Assembly: GCA_964605355.1 (NCBI GenBank)
Contig: CAZSCE010000008.1
Span: forward strand, 1-23,814
Direction of reading: 5' to 3'
Origin: an uncultured Candidatus Saccharibacteria bacterium
Lineage (GTDB): Bacteria; Patescibacteriota; Minisyncoccia; Phycocordibacterales; GWA1-40-21
Length of the DNA stretch: 23,814 nucleotides
Below the pieces are notes generated by a model, which was not told the DNA's origin, did not search any database, and saw only the letters and a list, made by a program, of their open reading frames with translations. Position 1 is the stretch's first letter; each line of letters opens with the position of its first letter. The translations under genes and the position numbers were made by a program. Below are positions 8,160 through 15,642 of this stretch, piece by piece.

Positions 8160-9650
8160 ATGCCCAAAGAAAATGCCCAAAAGCAAATAGAACGTCCGCC
8201 TGTGATTTGTATCATGGGGCATATTGATCATGGTAAAAGTACCCTCCTGGACTATATTAGAAAGACCAATATTGTAGACAAAGAAGCCGGTGGTATCACC
8301 CAGAAAATTTCGGCTTATGAAGTAATTCATAATGGCAAGAAAATTACTTTTTTGGACACTCCTGGACATGAAAGCTTTGCTAAAATAAGACAACGCGGCG
8401 CTAGTGTGGCGGATATTGCGGTGCTAGTAGTTTCCGCTGAAGACGGTGTAAAGAAGCAAACCATAGAGGCCCTAAACTGTATCCGTGAAAGCCAAACGCC
8501 CATGATAGTGGCCATAAATAAAATTGATAAACCGGGCGCTGATATTGAAAAAACAAAAGTAAATTTAGCAGAAAATGAAATATATTTAGAGGGTTATGGT
8601 GGTGAAGTACCGTTTATGCCTATTTCTGCCAAGACTGGTCAGGGGGTAAATGAATTATTAGATTTGATGTTATTGGTGTCAGAGATGGCCGAGCTTAATG
8701 GCACTACTGAAAAACCAGCGGAAGGAATAGTGATTGAGGCTAATATGGATAAAAAGAAAGGAATATCCGCCACTATGATAATAAAAGACGGTACTATAAA
8801 AAGTGGTATGTTTGTGGTGTGTGGTAAAACTATTGCGCCAACCAGAATCATGGAAGATTTCCTGGGCAAAAAAATTACTGAGGCCACCTTCTCCTCCCCT
8901 ATCCGCATTATTGGTTTTGACGCCTTGCCAAAAGTGGGAAATAAATTTTTCACCTTTACAGATAAAGAGGAGGCCCTCATGGCGGTGGCAAATTTTAAAG
9001 AGATAGTTTTTCAAAAATGCGCAGCGGTGGAGGAATCAGAAAATACCGGAGTAATAAATGTTATTATAAAAGCGGATGTCACCGGATCCATAGAAGGGAT
9101 TGAGCATGAACTAGAAAAAATAAGAACAGACAGGATGAAGGTGAGGATTGTGCATTTTGGTGTGGGTGATATTACTGATAATGATATAAATATGTTGGCG
9201 GGTAAGGCTGATTCACTGGTGCTTGGATTCAACGTAAAGATTGATGCTCAGGCCATGGCCTCCGCGGAAAAATCCGGTATCCAAGTAAAAACTTTTGATA
9301 TTATTTATAAACTGACAGAATGGCTGGTGGAAATGGCGGCCTCAAAAACCCCTAAAATGAATGTGGAAGAAAAAACCGGCCGGGCCAAAGTGCTTAAATT
9401 CTTTAGTGTGGTTAAAGATAGAAATATTATTGGTGCTCGTGTGGAAGAGGGAGAAATAAGAGTGGGTGATGAAATAAAAATCATGCGCGGAGAAATAGAG
9501 GTGGGCCGTGGTAAAATTAGAGAACTGCAACAGATGAAAGAAAAAACGAGTGAGGTGCGCTCCGGCGTAGAGTTTGGCTGTCAGTTACAAAGTGCCGTGA
9601 CGCCGGCTCCGGGTGATAAATTAGAAGCTTTTACTACGGTTTTAAAATAA
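8160..9650 (+). CDS. infB: Translation initiation factor IF-2, short form without the N-terminal extension
   Basis: G-domain motifs GHIDHGKST, DTPGH and NKID are present, followed by a beta-barrel domain II and the C-terminal domains. The ~496-aa short form is typical of reduced genomes. Confidence 0.9.
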   Translation: MPKENAQKQIERPPVICIMGHIDHGKSTLLDYIRKTNIVDKEAGGITQKISAYEVIHNGKKITFLDTPGHESFAKIRQRGASVADIAVLVVSAEDGVKKQTIEALNCIRESQTPMIVAINKIDKPGADIEKTKVNLAENEIYLEGYGGEVPFMPISAKTGQGVNELLDLMLLVSEMAELNGTTEKPAEGIVIEANMDKKKGISATMIIKDGTIKSGMFVVCGKTIAPTRIMEDFLGKKITEATFSSPIRIIGFDALPKVGNKFFTFTDKEEALMAVANFKEIVFQKCAAVEESENTGVINVIIKADVTGSIEGIEHELEKIRTDRMKVRIVHFGVGDITDNDINMLAGKADSLVLGFNVKIDAQAMASAEKSGIQVKTFDIIYKLTEWLVEMAASKTPKMNVEEKTGRAKVLKFFSVVKDRNIIGARVEEGEIRVGDEIKIMRGEIEVGRGKIRELQQMKEKTSEVRSGVEFGCQLQSAVTPAPGDKLEAFTTVLK

Positions 9651-9654
9651 AATT

Positions 9655-9978
9655 ATGACCACCACATTTAAAGACGAAAAATTAAAAGATCAAATCAAGA
9701 AATGGGCCGCGGAATTCTTGCAAAGAGAGTCCACCGGTCAATCACTTATTACTGTAACTGATGTAAAGCTGGCCCGTGAAGCCAAGGAAGCCACCATACT
9801 TTTCACTGTTTTACCGGACAGTAAACAAGAAGCCGCTTTGGAATTTGCCCGCCGACAGCTGGGTGACTTTAGAGATTTTATGAATGAGAAAGTAAAAACC
9901 GGCCGGATGCCTTTCTTTCATTTTGATATTGACCGTGGGGAAAAACACCGCCAAAGGATAGATGAGATAATTAAATAA
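9655..9978 (+). CDS. rbfA: Ribosome-binding factor A
   Basis: Begins 5 nt after the infB stop, the conserved infB-rbfA order. A ~107-aa KH-like protein (ITVTDVKLAREAKEATILFTV...). Confidence 0.7.
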   Translation: MTTTFKDEKLKDQIKKWAAEFLQRESTGQSLITVTDVKLAREAKEATILFTVLPDSKQEAALEFARRQLGDFRDFMNEKVKTGRMPFFHFDIDRGEKHRQRIDEIIK

Positions 9979-10022
9979 TTTCTCTTTTAGAATTTAATTT
10001 TTTATGCTAGTATTTCCCTACC

Positions 10023-10094
10023 GGCCTGGTAGCCAAGTGGTAAGGCATTCCTCTGCAAAAGGAATATACGGCGGTTCAATTCCGCCCCAGGCCT
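10023..10094 (+). tRNA. tRNA-Cys (GCA)
   Basis: ggcctgg-ta-gcc-aagtggtaa-ggc-a-ttcct-cuGCAaa-aggaa-tatac-ggcgg-ttcaatt-ccgcc-ccaggcc-t. The discriminator is U as expected for Cys. CCA not encoded. Confidence 0.85.
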
Positions 10095-10127
10095 CAAATT
10101 ATTAAATTGTGTCTAAATCACTTATAT

Positions 10128-10165
10128 GGTAAACTAATGTGATAGTATATTACTATTAGTTTACC
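10128..10165. repeat. Perfect 11-bp inverted repeat (ggtaaactaat ... attagtttacc) with a 16-nt spacer, ending 5 nt before the HNH start codon. Possible operator or mRNA hairpin.
   Basis: Read directly: positions 10128-10138 are the exact reverse complement of 10155-10165. Confidence 0.6.
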
Positions 10166-10170
10166 TAAAT

Positions 10171-10740
10171 ATGCCCAAAAAAAGAAAGTGGACAGAAAAT
10201 AATTTAAGACAGGCCGTCATTTCATCAACAAGTATGAGACAGGTACTTGGTAAAATTGGCCTAATTCAAGCTGGGGGAAATTATAATCAAATAAAAAAAT
10301 ATATTAAAGATCTAAAGATTAATATCACACACTTTAAAGGAAAGGGGTGGAACAAAGGAATGACTGGTATTGGTAAGCCAAGGATATGTATAGAAAATAT
10401 TTTGGTAAATAATAGTGATTTTCAAAGTTATAAATTAAAAAATAGACTTTTTGAAATTGGGCTTAAAAATAAGAAGTGCGAGGAGTGTGGCTGGAAAAAA
10501 ATATCAAAAGATGGTAGACTACCACTTGAACTAGACCATATAAATGGAGACAGCCGGGATAATAGAATTGAAAACCTTAGAATTCTTTGTCCAAATTGTC
10601 ATAGTTTAAAATTGACACATAGAGGGAAAAATAGAAAAAGCTCGGGTGGCGGAATTGGTATACGCGCAACACTTAAAATGTTGTCTGCGAAAGCGGATGC
10701 GGGTTCGACTCCCGCCCCGAGCACAGGGAGTGTAATTTAA
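10171..10740 (+). CDS. Free-standing HNH homing endonuclease (phage/Firmicutes-type). The ORF has no stop before entering tRNA-Leu(UAA), so its 3' 100 nt overlap the tRNA.
   Basis: The HNH core KCEECGW...PLELDHINGDSRDNRIENLRILCPNCHS is present. The N-terminal WTENNLRQAV...GGNYNQIKKYIKDLKINITHF module recurs in this endonuclease family. Confidence 0.85.
   Translation: MPKKRKWTENNLRQAVISSTSMRQVLGKIGLIQAGGNYNQIKKYIKDLKINITHFKGKGWNKGMTGIGKPRICIENILVNNSDFQSYKLKNRLFEIGLKNKKCEECGWKKISKDGRLPLELDHINGDSRDNRIENLRILCPNCHSLKLTHRGKNRKSSGGGIGIRATLKMLSAKADAGSTPAPSTGSVI
10640..10723 (+). tRNA. tRNA-Leu (UAA), type II
   Basis: gctcggg-tg-gcgg-aattggtat-acgc-g-caaca-cuUAAaa-tgttg-long variable arm (ctgcg aaa gcgga)-gcggg-ttcgact-cccgc-cccgagc-a. 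Confidence 0.8.
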
Positions 10741-10754
10741 CAATAGAATAATAT

Positions 10755-10827
10755 CCGCCCATAGCTCAGCTGGTAGAGCAGATCCCTCTTAAGGATAAGG
10801 TCGTAGGTTCGATCCCTACTGGGCGGA
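10755..10827 (+). tRNA. tRNA-Lys (CUU)
   Basis: ccgccca-ta-gctc-agctggta-gagc-a-gatcc-cuCUUaa-ggata-aggtc-gtagg-ttcgatc-cctac-tgggcgg-a. There is one G-A mismatch at the top of the anticodon stem. Confidence 0.8.
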
Positions 10828-10845
10828 CACGAAGTGCGGCACAGA

Positions 10846-10869
10846 AAAAGTGCTGGGAGCACTTTTGTT
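10846..10869 (+). terminator. Rho-independent terminator after tRNA-Lys
   Basis: The hairpin aaaagtgct-ggga-gcactttt has a 9 bp stem and is followed by gtt. Confidence 0.65.
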
Positions 10870-10991
10870 AGGGAGCGAAGCCTGTTTGAGATTTTTTAAA
10901 GTTTCTGAACGAATAAAAAATCCAAACACGGATACTGGTTCTGTAAGAACCGATTCCCTACATATTCGTGGTGACATGCAAACGTGTTATT

Positions 10992-11072
10992 GGGCGAGTG
11001 GTGAAACGGTAGACACGCTAGCCTTAGGAGCTAGTGCCGCAAGGCATGGAGGTTCAAGTCCTCTCTCGCCCA
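10992..11072 (+). tRNA. tRNA-Leu (UAG), type II
   Basis: gggcgag-tg-gtg-aaacggtaga-cac-g-ctagc-cuUAGga-gctag-variable arm (tgccgcaaggcat)-ggagg-ttcaagt-cctct-ctcgccc-a. Confidence 0.8.
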
Positions 11073-11083
11073 CAAAACTTAAA

Positions 11084-11120
11084 CCAAATGTGACTTCAGG
11101 AGACATTTGGTTTTTTGTTT
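11084..11120 (+). terminator. Rho-independent terminator after tRNA-Leu(UAG)
   Basis: The stem ccaaatgt(11084-11091)/acatttgg(11103-11110) has an 11-nt loop and is followed by tttttt. Confidence 0.6.
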
Positions 11121-11198
11121 TGGGCGGTGAGGGAGGACTTGAAAACCTTTGATAGTTTTATAAAATGTATTCATTTAAGAAAACAGAAAAGGTGTACA

Positions 11199-11234
11199 GA
11201 TCCTGTAAGGATCAAGATTCCTCTCTCGCCCACA
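11199..11234 (+). other. tRNA-like remnant. It has an anticodon-arm-like hairpin (gatc-CUGUAAG-gatc) fused to a T-arm-like segment, and its last 22 nt (tcaag..attcctctctcgcccaca) duplicate the 3' end of tRNA-Leu(UAG). This looks like an att-site scar.
   Basis: The 16-nt string tcctctctcgcccaca occurs at 11059-11074 (the tRNA 3' end) and again at 11219-11234. No D-arm or 5' acceptor strand is present, so it is not a functional tRNA. Confidence 0.6.
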
Positions 11235-11237
11235 TTT

Positions 11238-11263
11238 AAAAACACCCTTTTAGGGGTGTTTTT
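11238..11263. terminator. Bidirectional intrinsic terminator (aaaaacaccc-ttttag-gggtgttttt)
   Basis: A 10 bp stem flanked by an A-run and a T-run. It sits between the tRNA block (+) and the convergent minus-strand gene ending at 11278. Confidence 0.65.
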
Positions 11264-11277
11264 AAAATATAGACAAA

Positions 11278-11562
11278 TTAGGCAGCAATATCTAAATCCT
11301 CTCTCGTTTTCAATAATCTTCCTAAATCCTTTACCTCATTTTCTGCCCCCTTGAGAATATCAAGGGTATCCTTCGTATCCTCTATTATATCTGAACTAAT
11401 ATTATTCATAGTGGTTACTTCATTTAAAATATTCCCTACCTCCCCAACTACTGCGCTATCTACCTGCTCGTCAATTAAAGGTTTATCAAACAAGGCATCA
11501 ATGTCGCTTCTTACTATTTTACCGAATTCCTCTTTGGCTTTTTGTTTTTTATCATCAGTCAT
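11278..11562 (-). CDS. Small acidic hypothetical protein (94 aa)
   Basis: The ORF is intact and lies 7 nt downstream of the preceding gene. It is D/E-rich. No recognisable family. Confidence 0.45.
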   Translation of the reverse strand: MTDDKKQKAKEEFGKIVRSDIDALFDKPLIDEQVDSAVVGEVGNILNEVTTMNNISSDIIEDTKDTLDILKGAENEVKDLGRLLKTREDLDIAA

Positions 11563-11569
11563 ATTATTA

Positions 11570-12766
11570 TTATTCTAAATTAGCTAATATCCTGTTAATT
11601 AAAATAACTTTAATCCTACTTTGTGGGTCATTACTGGTCTGTAATTGTTTTATTTTATTTTTAAGACCTCCCGCTATTTGTTCATCGCATTCCTTAGCAT
11701 CCAACCCTAAATCCAAACCCCTCTTTCTCATCATATCAATCCCCTTTTCAAAAGTATTAAGAGTAGCCCCTTCTTTACTTTCAACTAGTTCACTAACATC
11801 ATATCCTACCTCGCCTTTAGCAAAACCGATAAGTCTTTTTTGTATAGCCTCAAATTGATCATCATCAAGAATACTTTCATTTCCTCTCATTCTTTCAAAA
11901 ACTACTCTATTTTTAGCTAGAGGCTTGTAATCCAAACTATCACCAGCTTGTTTCATTCTTTCCTGAGCTTTTTTATGAAATTCGTTCTTAAGAACTTCAA
12001 ATATCTCATTTCCTTTTAGACTTTCCCTAATACCCTTGATCTGCTGTAAAGTGTCAACTATAGACTTTTGATCCAGTTTTTCTCTGTCTACCTTTAACCC
12101 GGCTATAGTCTGCTGAAGGCTACTTCTTTTGGCCCTGAATTCTGTTCTAGCTTTGGTAGAAAAATGAGTTAATATACCTCTATTTTTTTCTGTATCTGAT
12201 AGTTTGGTCTCAATGTCACTTTTTAATTTGGAAAAGTTTAATTGCACATCCCTGACAAATTTAATTTTCTCATCTGTAGTTAATTTGCTGTAATCAACAC
12301 TCATTTCAAGCTGTTTAGCTGTTTCCTGATATACTCCCTCTAAAGCCTTGTTTCTTTCTGTTGCTTCTAAATAAGCAACTATCCTTTTTGAAAACTTACC
12401 TAATTCTTCAGGATTTTTAATAGCTACGCCCTCTAAACTATCCATAAAGGGTCCCTCCACCACATCGCCAAAATCAGTACTGGATTCAGTAACTATAAAT
12501 TTTTTAACCTCATTTTTAATTCCTTGTATTGTATCAAAAGTGGCAATCTTTTCTCTTAAGTAATTATCATCACTAGCGTTATCAGTGGCATCAGGATTTT
12601 TTTGCAAAAAATTTAAAAACTTTGGATCGTTTAATCTTTTTTTTATCTCTTCATCTTGCTTGGCTTTATTCTCCTTTGCTTCTGTTTCTGCTTTTTCAGA
12701 ACCACCTTCCTCTACTTCTCCACTCATATCCTTTTTTTTCTCGGGATGTCTTAATATAAATGACAT
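11570..12766 (-). CDS. Coiled-coil hypothetical protein (398 aa) of unknown function
   Basis: Long intact ORF whose translation is K/E/Q-rich and predicted mostly helical or coiled coil. There is no TM segment and no recognisable catalytic motif. Confidence 0.5.
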   Translation of the reverse strand: MSFILRHPEKKKDMSGEVEEGGSEKAETEAKENKAKQDEEIKKRLNDPKFLNFLQKNPDATDNASDDNYLREKIATFDTIQGIKNEVKKFIVTESSTDFGDVVEGPFMDSLEGVAIKNPEELGKFSKRIVAYLEATERNKALEGVYQETAKQLEMSVDYSKLTTDEKIKFVRDVQLNFSKLKSDIETKLSDTEKNRGILTHFSTKARTEFRAKRSSLQQTIAGLKVDREKLDQKSIVDTLQQIKGIRESLKGNEIFEVLKNEFHKKAQERMKQAGDSLDYKPLAKNRVVFERMRGNESILDDDQFEAIQKRLIGFAKGEVGYDVSELVESKEGATLNTFEKGIDMMRKRGLDLGLDAKECDEQIAGGLKNKIKQLQTSNDPQSRIKVILINRILANLE

Positions 12767-13014
12767 TATTTTTTATTTAATTAATTAATAAAATATGACA
12801 CATCTATTACAATTATATAGAACTAAAAAAATTAAAGCAAATCATTCAAAATACCTTTACTTTATATAGGTATTTTGATGATGAAAATACTTGACTTTTA
12901 GTATGAAATATGCTAGTATTAATAACAGAAAGAAACCTGCTCTTTGACAGGTTTGGAAACAAATAATGTTAGTTAATGTCAGTGCGCCCGCAGGCGCAGA
13001 AAGGTAGGAGTGGG

Positions 13015-14109
13015 ATGAAAAAGTTCGTAGTCGTTGGATTCTTCATGGCGATATACATCGCCTTGGGGTATCTTGATTTCTGTTTAATTACGGACAAGGT
13101 ATCCATAGATACTGGGAACGCCTGGAACTGGGGGTGGATCATCGCTTCGATGCAGATGGTTTACTTTGTCCTAAGTTTCAGGACGGTTGGACCAACAGAA
13201 TTAGGGGCATTGCTCCTATTTGGTCGACCTATGTTTGAGGTCGCATCTGGTCTAGTCTTTGCTCCTTTTGTAATTTGTCAATTACGCACTGAGACAGCTC
13301 TTGTCGTACAAAAACAAATTCCTGGAGAGCCAGAGGAAATAGATCGGATGGCAGATAGCGAAACTCCAATTCAGAAAGGAAAGGTCCTTCCAATTAGAAT
13401 ACTAACAGGGACAGCAAAAAGAGCAGATAAGGAATATCCTGCTGATGCCGCCCTTGTTAATGGGGATCCTTTGCATAAGCAAATGACAGTTGAGGCAACG
13501 GCCCAAGTTCGCATGCAAATTAGGGATTACCTTAGGTTCCTGAAAAACATCGGTAGCATATCTTCAGCCATGAAACAACTTCGAGATACAGCTGAGGGTG
13601 TCCTTAAGCTCGAATTTGCGTCAAGAACTCCGGCATTGATTCCAGCGCATTGGGGAGCAATCAATACTGCATTTGAAGCTAAGATTAATGCAATTGTAGT
13701 ATCATGGGGTGTTGACGTTCATGGAGCTCAACTAATAGACGTTGACCTTACAAAGACTGTCAATAAAGGCCTCCGAGATGCGTTGAATAGTAGTTTACTT
13801 AAGGAGGCCATTATCAAGACCGCTGAAGCAGAAAAAGAAAAAAGGATACTTGAGGGACAGGGTGACGCATCAGCTCAACTGAGCCTGCTCACAGCGCAAG
13901 CAGAAGGAAAGGCAAAGTTGGCGGCCATCGCAAAGACAAAGGGTGGCAGGTATGCTATGGCCCTCGAAACCGCGAGCAAAACGGTGGAAAGTGCGGATTA
14001 TAGCATTGTTGGAACTGATGGAATTTCTGGAGCCATTGCAGCAGCGATGGAAACCATGAAGAAGGTCCATAGTCCTGACAAGCCGGCTAAAGCAAAGAAA
14101 GGGGGCTGA
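13015..14109 (+). CDS. SPFH/band-7 (stomatin/HflK-like) membrane protein. The start is reassigned to ATG 13015, which follows AGGAG, rather than the ORF-track start at 12976.
   Basis: N-terminal TM helix. FGRPMFEVASGLVFAPFVICQLRTETALVVQ matches the stomatin N-terminal core. WGVDVHGAQLIDVDL plus AEAEKEKRILEGQGDASAQL...AEGKAKLAAIA is the typical SPFH C-terminal helical region. GC content here is clearly higher than in the surrounding sequence. Confidence 0.7.
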   Translation: MKKFVVVGFFMAIYIALGYLDFCLITDKVSIDTGNAWNWGWIIASMQMVYFVLSFRTVGPTELGALLLFGRPMFEVASGLVFAPFVICQLRTETALVVQKQIPGEPEEIDRMADSETPIQKGKVLPIRILTGTAKRADKEYPADAALVNGDPLHKQMTVEATAQVRMQIRDYLRFLKNIGSISSAMKQLRDTAEGVLKLEFASRTPALIPAHWGAINTAFEAKINAIVVSWGVDVHGAQLIDVDLTKTVNKGLRDALNSSLLKEAIIKTAEAEKEKRILEGQGDASAQLSLLTAQAEGKAKLAAIAKTKGGRYAMALETASKTVESADYSIVGTDGISGAIAAAMETMKKVHSPDKPAKAKKGG

Positions 14110-14110
14110 C

Positions 14111-14773
14111 ATGCTGCCATATCCTGTAATGATTGGTTTGGCAGTGATGGTAATCTACCTGGCGTGGCAGGCCATAGAAAGTGTGCGGGCAGGAAAACCA
14201 AAAAAACCTCTACCTGAGAAGGAGGAAGGCGACAAGAAGAAAGGTGACGTCGCACCCCCTAAAAAGGGCTTCAGTAGGTGGGTGGTGTTTTGGGTAGTGG
14301 TGCTGCTGGCAATGGCGATAGTTCTGACCTGGGGGTTTTCAACCTCTTGGGGTGGTAAGTCTGCGGTGCAGGCAGCACTGAATAGACAGACAACAAACCC
14401 ATCAACAGTCAGGCCCCCAGCGCGGACGTTTGACTACCGCTCGGAGGATGACCCAATAGAAGGAAATGAGTACAAAGACTCACCCAAGGCTCGCGCCATG
14501 ATGATTGGTGAGGATGATGACTCATGGTCCTTCCGGGTGTATTACGAAGTGGGTACTCCGGACGTAAAAAGTCCGCAAACAGCCGAGAGCTGTTTCCTGG
14601 TTCTAAAGCCCAACAAAGAAAAGAGGCCTGGGCGCTGGAGCAGGGACAACCCAAAAAGCGGTGGTTATGTCAAACTCAAGAAGGAGCAACCAATAGTTGG
14701 TGGCTACTGCCTGGAGATTGGCAATGACGAGGCGCCGGGGGCAAAAAGAGATGTGTATCTCTACCCTAGATAG
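14111..14773 (+). CDS. Two-TM membrane protein of unknown function, translationally coupled to the SPFH gene (stop TGA, one nucleotide, then ATG)
   Basis: Two hydrophobic helices (MIGLAVMVIYLAW and WVVFWVVVLLAMAIVL) are followed by a soluble beta-rich C-terminal domain. It shares the elevated GC and may be an NfeD-like partner of the SPFH protein, which is a hypothesis only. Confidence 0.5.
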   Translation: MLPYPVMIGLAVMVIYLAWQAIESVRAGKPKKPLPEKEEGDKKKGDVAPPKKGFSRWVVFWVVVLLAMAIVLTWGFSTSWGGKSAVQAALNRQTTNPSTVRPPARTFDYRSEDDPIEGNEYKDSPKARAMMIGEDDDSWSFRVYYEVGTPDVKSPQTAESCFLVLKPNKEKRPGRWSRDNPKSGGYVKLKKEQPIVGGYCLEIGNDEAPGAKRDVYLYPR

Positions 14774-14832
14774 TGTTTCCAAACTTTTAACCAATATCTA
14801 AAGAAAGGAGAGAGGATATTGGACAAACAAAA

Positions 14833-14867
14833 CACCCCGTGCTTTACAGCGCGGGGTGCTTTATTTT
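14833..14867. terminator. Strong intrinsic terminator (10 bp stem caccccgtgc/gcgcggggtg, then ctttatttt); serves the + strand SPFH operon and probably the convergent minus-strand pilin operon
   Basis: The hairpin was read directly and is followed by a T-rich tract. It lies between two convergent operon ends (14773 and 14874). Confidence 0.7.
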
Positions 14868-14873
14868 GCATAT

Positions 14874-15200
14874 TTATTTTCCACTAATTGTCCCCATAAT
14901 CAAATTAATTATTCCGTAGGCCGCCACCATAATAAAGAATCCCATCACTCCCCACAGCATATTCATGCCTCCTTTTTTCCTCTCTTCAGAACTCTCAGCA
15001 TTTTTCACAAACTGAAATACCCCCCAGAGAAAATAGATAACGGCTACAGCCACCATAAGAGCAATAACAGGATTCACGATATTTACTATAATATTCTTAA
15101 TCAAAATATTGTAATCCCCTATTGGTGTAGCCCCACCGCTAACTGAGGTGGGCCAGGCCACCTTATCAGCATATGCTTTTTTAATAAGTTCGGGAAGCAT
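14874..15200 (-). CDS. Small two-TM membrane protein, paralog 1 of a VirB2/TrbC-like pilin family; no signal peptide
   Basis: Hydrophobic helix (VIALMVAVAVIYFLWGV), charged loop (KNAESSEERKKGG) and second helix (MLWGVMGFFIMVAAYGIINL). This layout is shared with the five upstream paralogs. Confidence 0.5.
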   Translation of the reverse strand: MLPELIKKAYADKVAWPTSVSGGATPIGDYNILIKNIIVNIVNPVIALMVAVAVIYFLWGVFQFVKNAESSEERKKGGMNMLWGVMGFFIMVAAYGIINLIMGTISGK

Positions 15201-15212
15201 TAGTAAATATTA

Positions 15213-15566
15213 TTAGGGAAGAAGTCTGGTCACATTACCGGCACCGGTGGTATTAACACCAAAGAGACCCTGTAATATAGCCACCAAGCCCCAAATGGAC
15301 ACAATAACGGCTAGAGAGATAATACCTAGGATCATTTGATTCTTGGCCTTATCCTTTGCGTCTTCATCAGCTGACATAGCATAACGAATAACATTCCAGA
15401 TAAACCACACTACCGCTAGGGCGATAAGAAACACCACTAATTGGTCCAAAAGGGCTTTGGCGCTACCAATAAGAGACTGTAGATAAGTTGTGTTCACTGT
15501 TTGAGCAAAAGCCATAAAAGGCAATGCCCAAGCTGCTCCCGCGATGATTTTAACTGCTTTTTTCAT
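15213..15566 (-). CDS. VirB2/TrbC-like pilin paralog 2, with a signal peptide and two TM helices; start chosen at MKKAVKII
   Basis: Signal peptide MKKAVKIIAGAAWALPFMAFA is followed by LVVFLIALAVVWFIWNV, the loop SADEDAKDKAKNQ, and MILGIISLAVIVSIWGLVAIL. Confidence 0.55.
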   Translation of the reverse strand: MKKAVKIIAGAAWALPFMAFAQTVNTTYLQSLIGSAKALLDQLVVFLIALAVVWFIWNVIRYAMSADEDAKDKAKNQMILGIISLAVIVSIWGLVAILQGLFGVNTTGAGNVTRLLP

Positions 15567-15642
15567 TTTTTTCTTGATTAATCCCACTTTGCATAAAGCT
15601 TCGCAGGACAAGATTAATAAATTAATAAATTAATAAATACCT

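Noticed and set aside
8160-8185. Duplicated ATGCCCAAA at the infB start, echoed by ATGCCCAAAAAAAG at the HNH start
   Set aside because: They are short lysine-codon-rich starts. Most likely coincidence in an AT-rich genome, not a shared regulatory element.
8639-9232. Minus-strand ORFs of 73-113 aa inside infB
   Set aside because: They are antisense to infB and are not supported.
10850-11152. 100-aa + strand ORF
   Set aside because: It spans tRNA-Leu(UAG) and two terminator hairpins. It is an artefact of stop-poor GC-rich tRNA sequence.
11199-11234. Possible sixth functional tRNA
   Set aside because: There is only an anticodon-like hairpin running directly into a T-arm-like stem. The D-arm, the variable region and the 5' acceptor strand are all missing. 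It is a remnant, not a gene.
12976-13014. Upstream ATG start for the SPFH gene as given in the ORF track
   Set aside because: This segment contains two hairpins, tgcgcc-cgca-ggcgca being one, and has no ribosome-binding site. The ATG at 13015 is preceded by AGGAG and begins a typical K-rich N-terminus followed by a TM helix.
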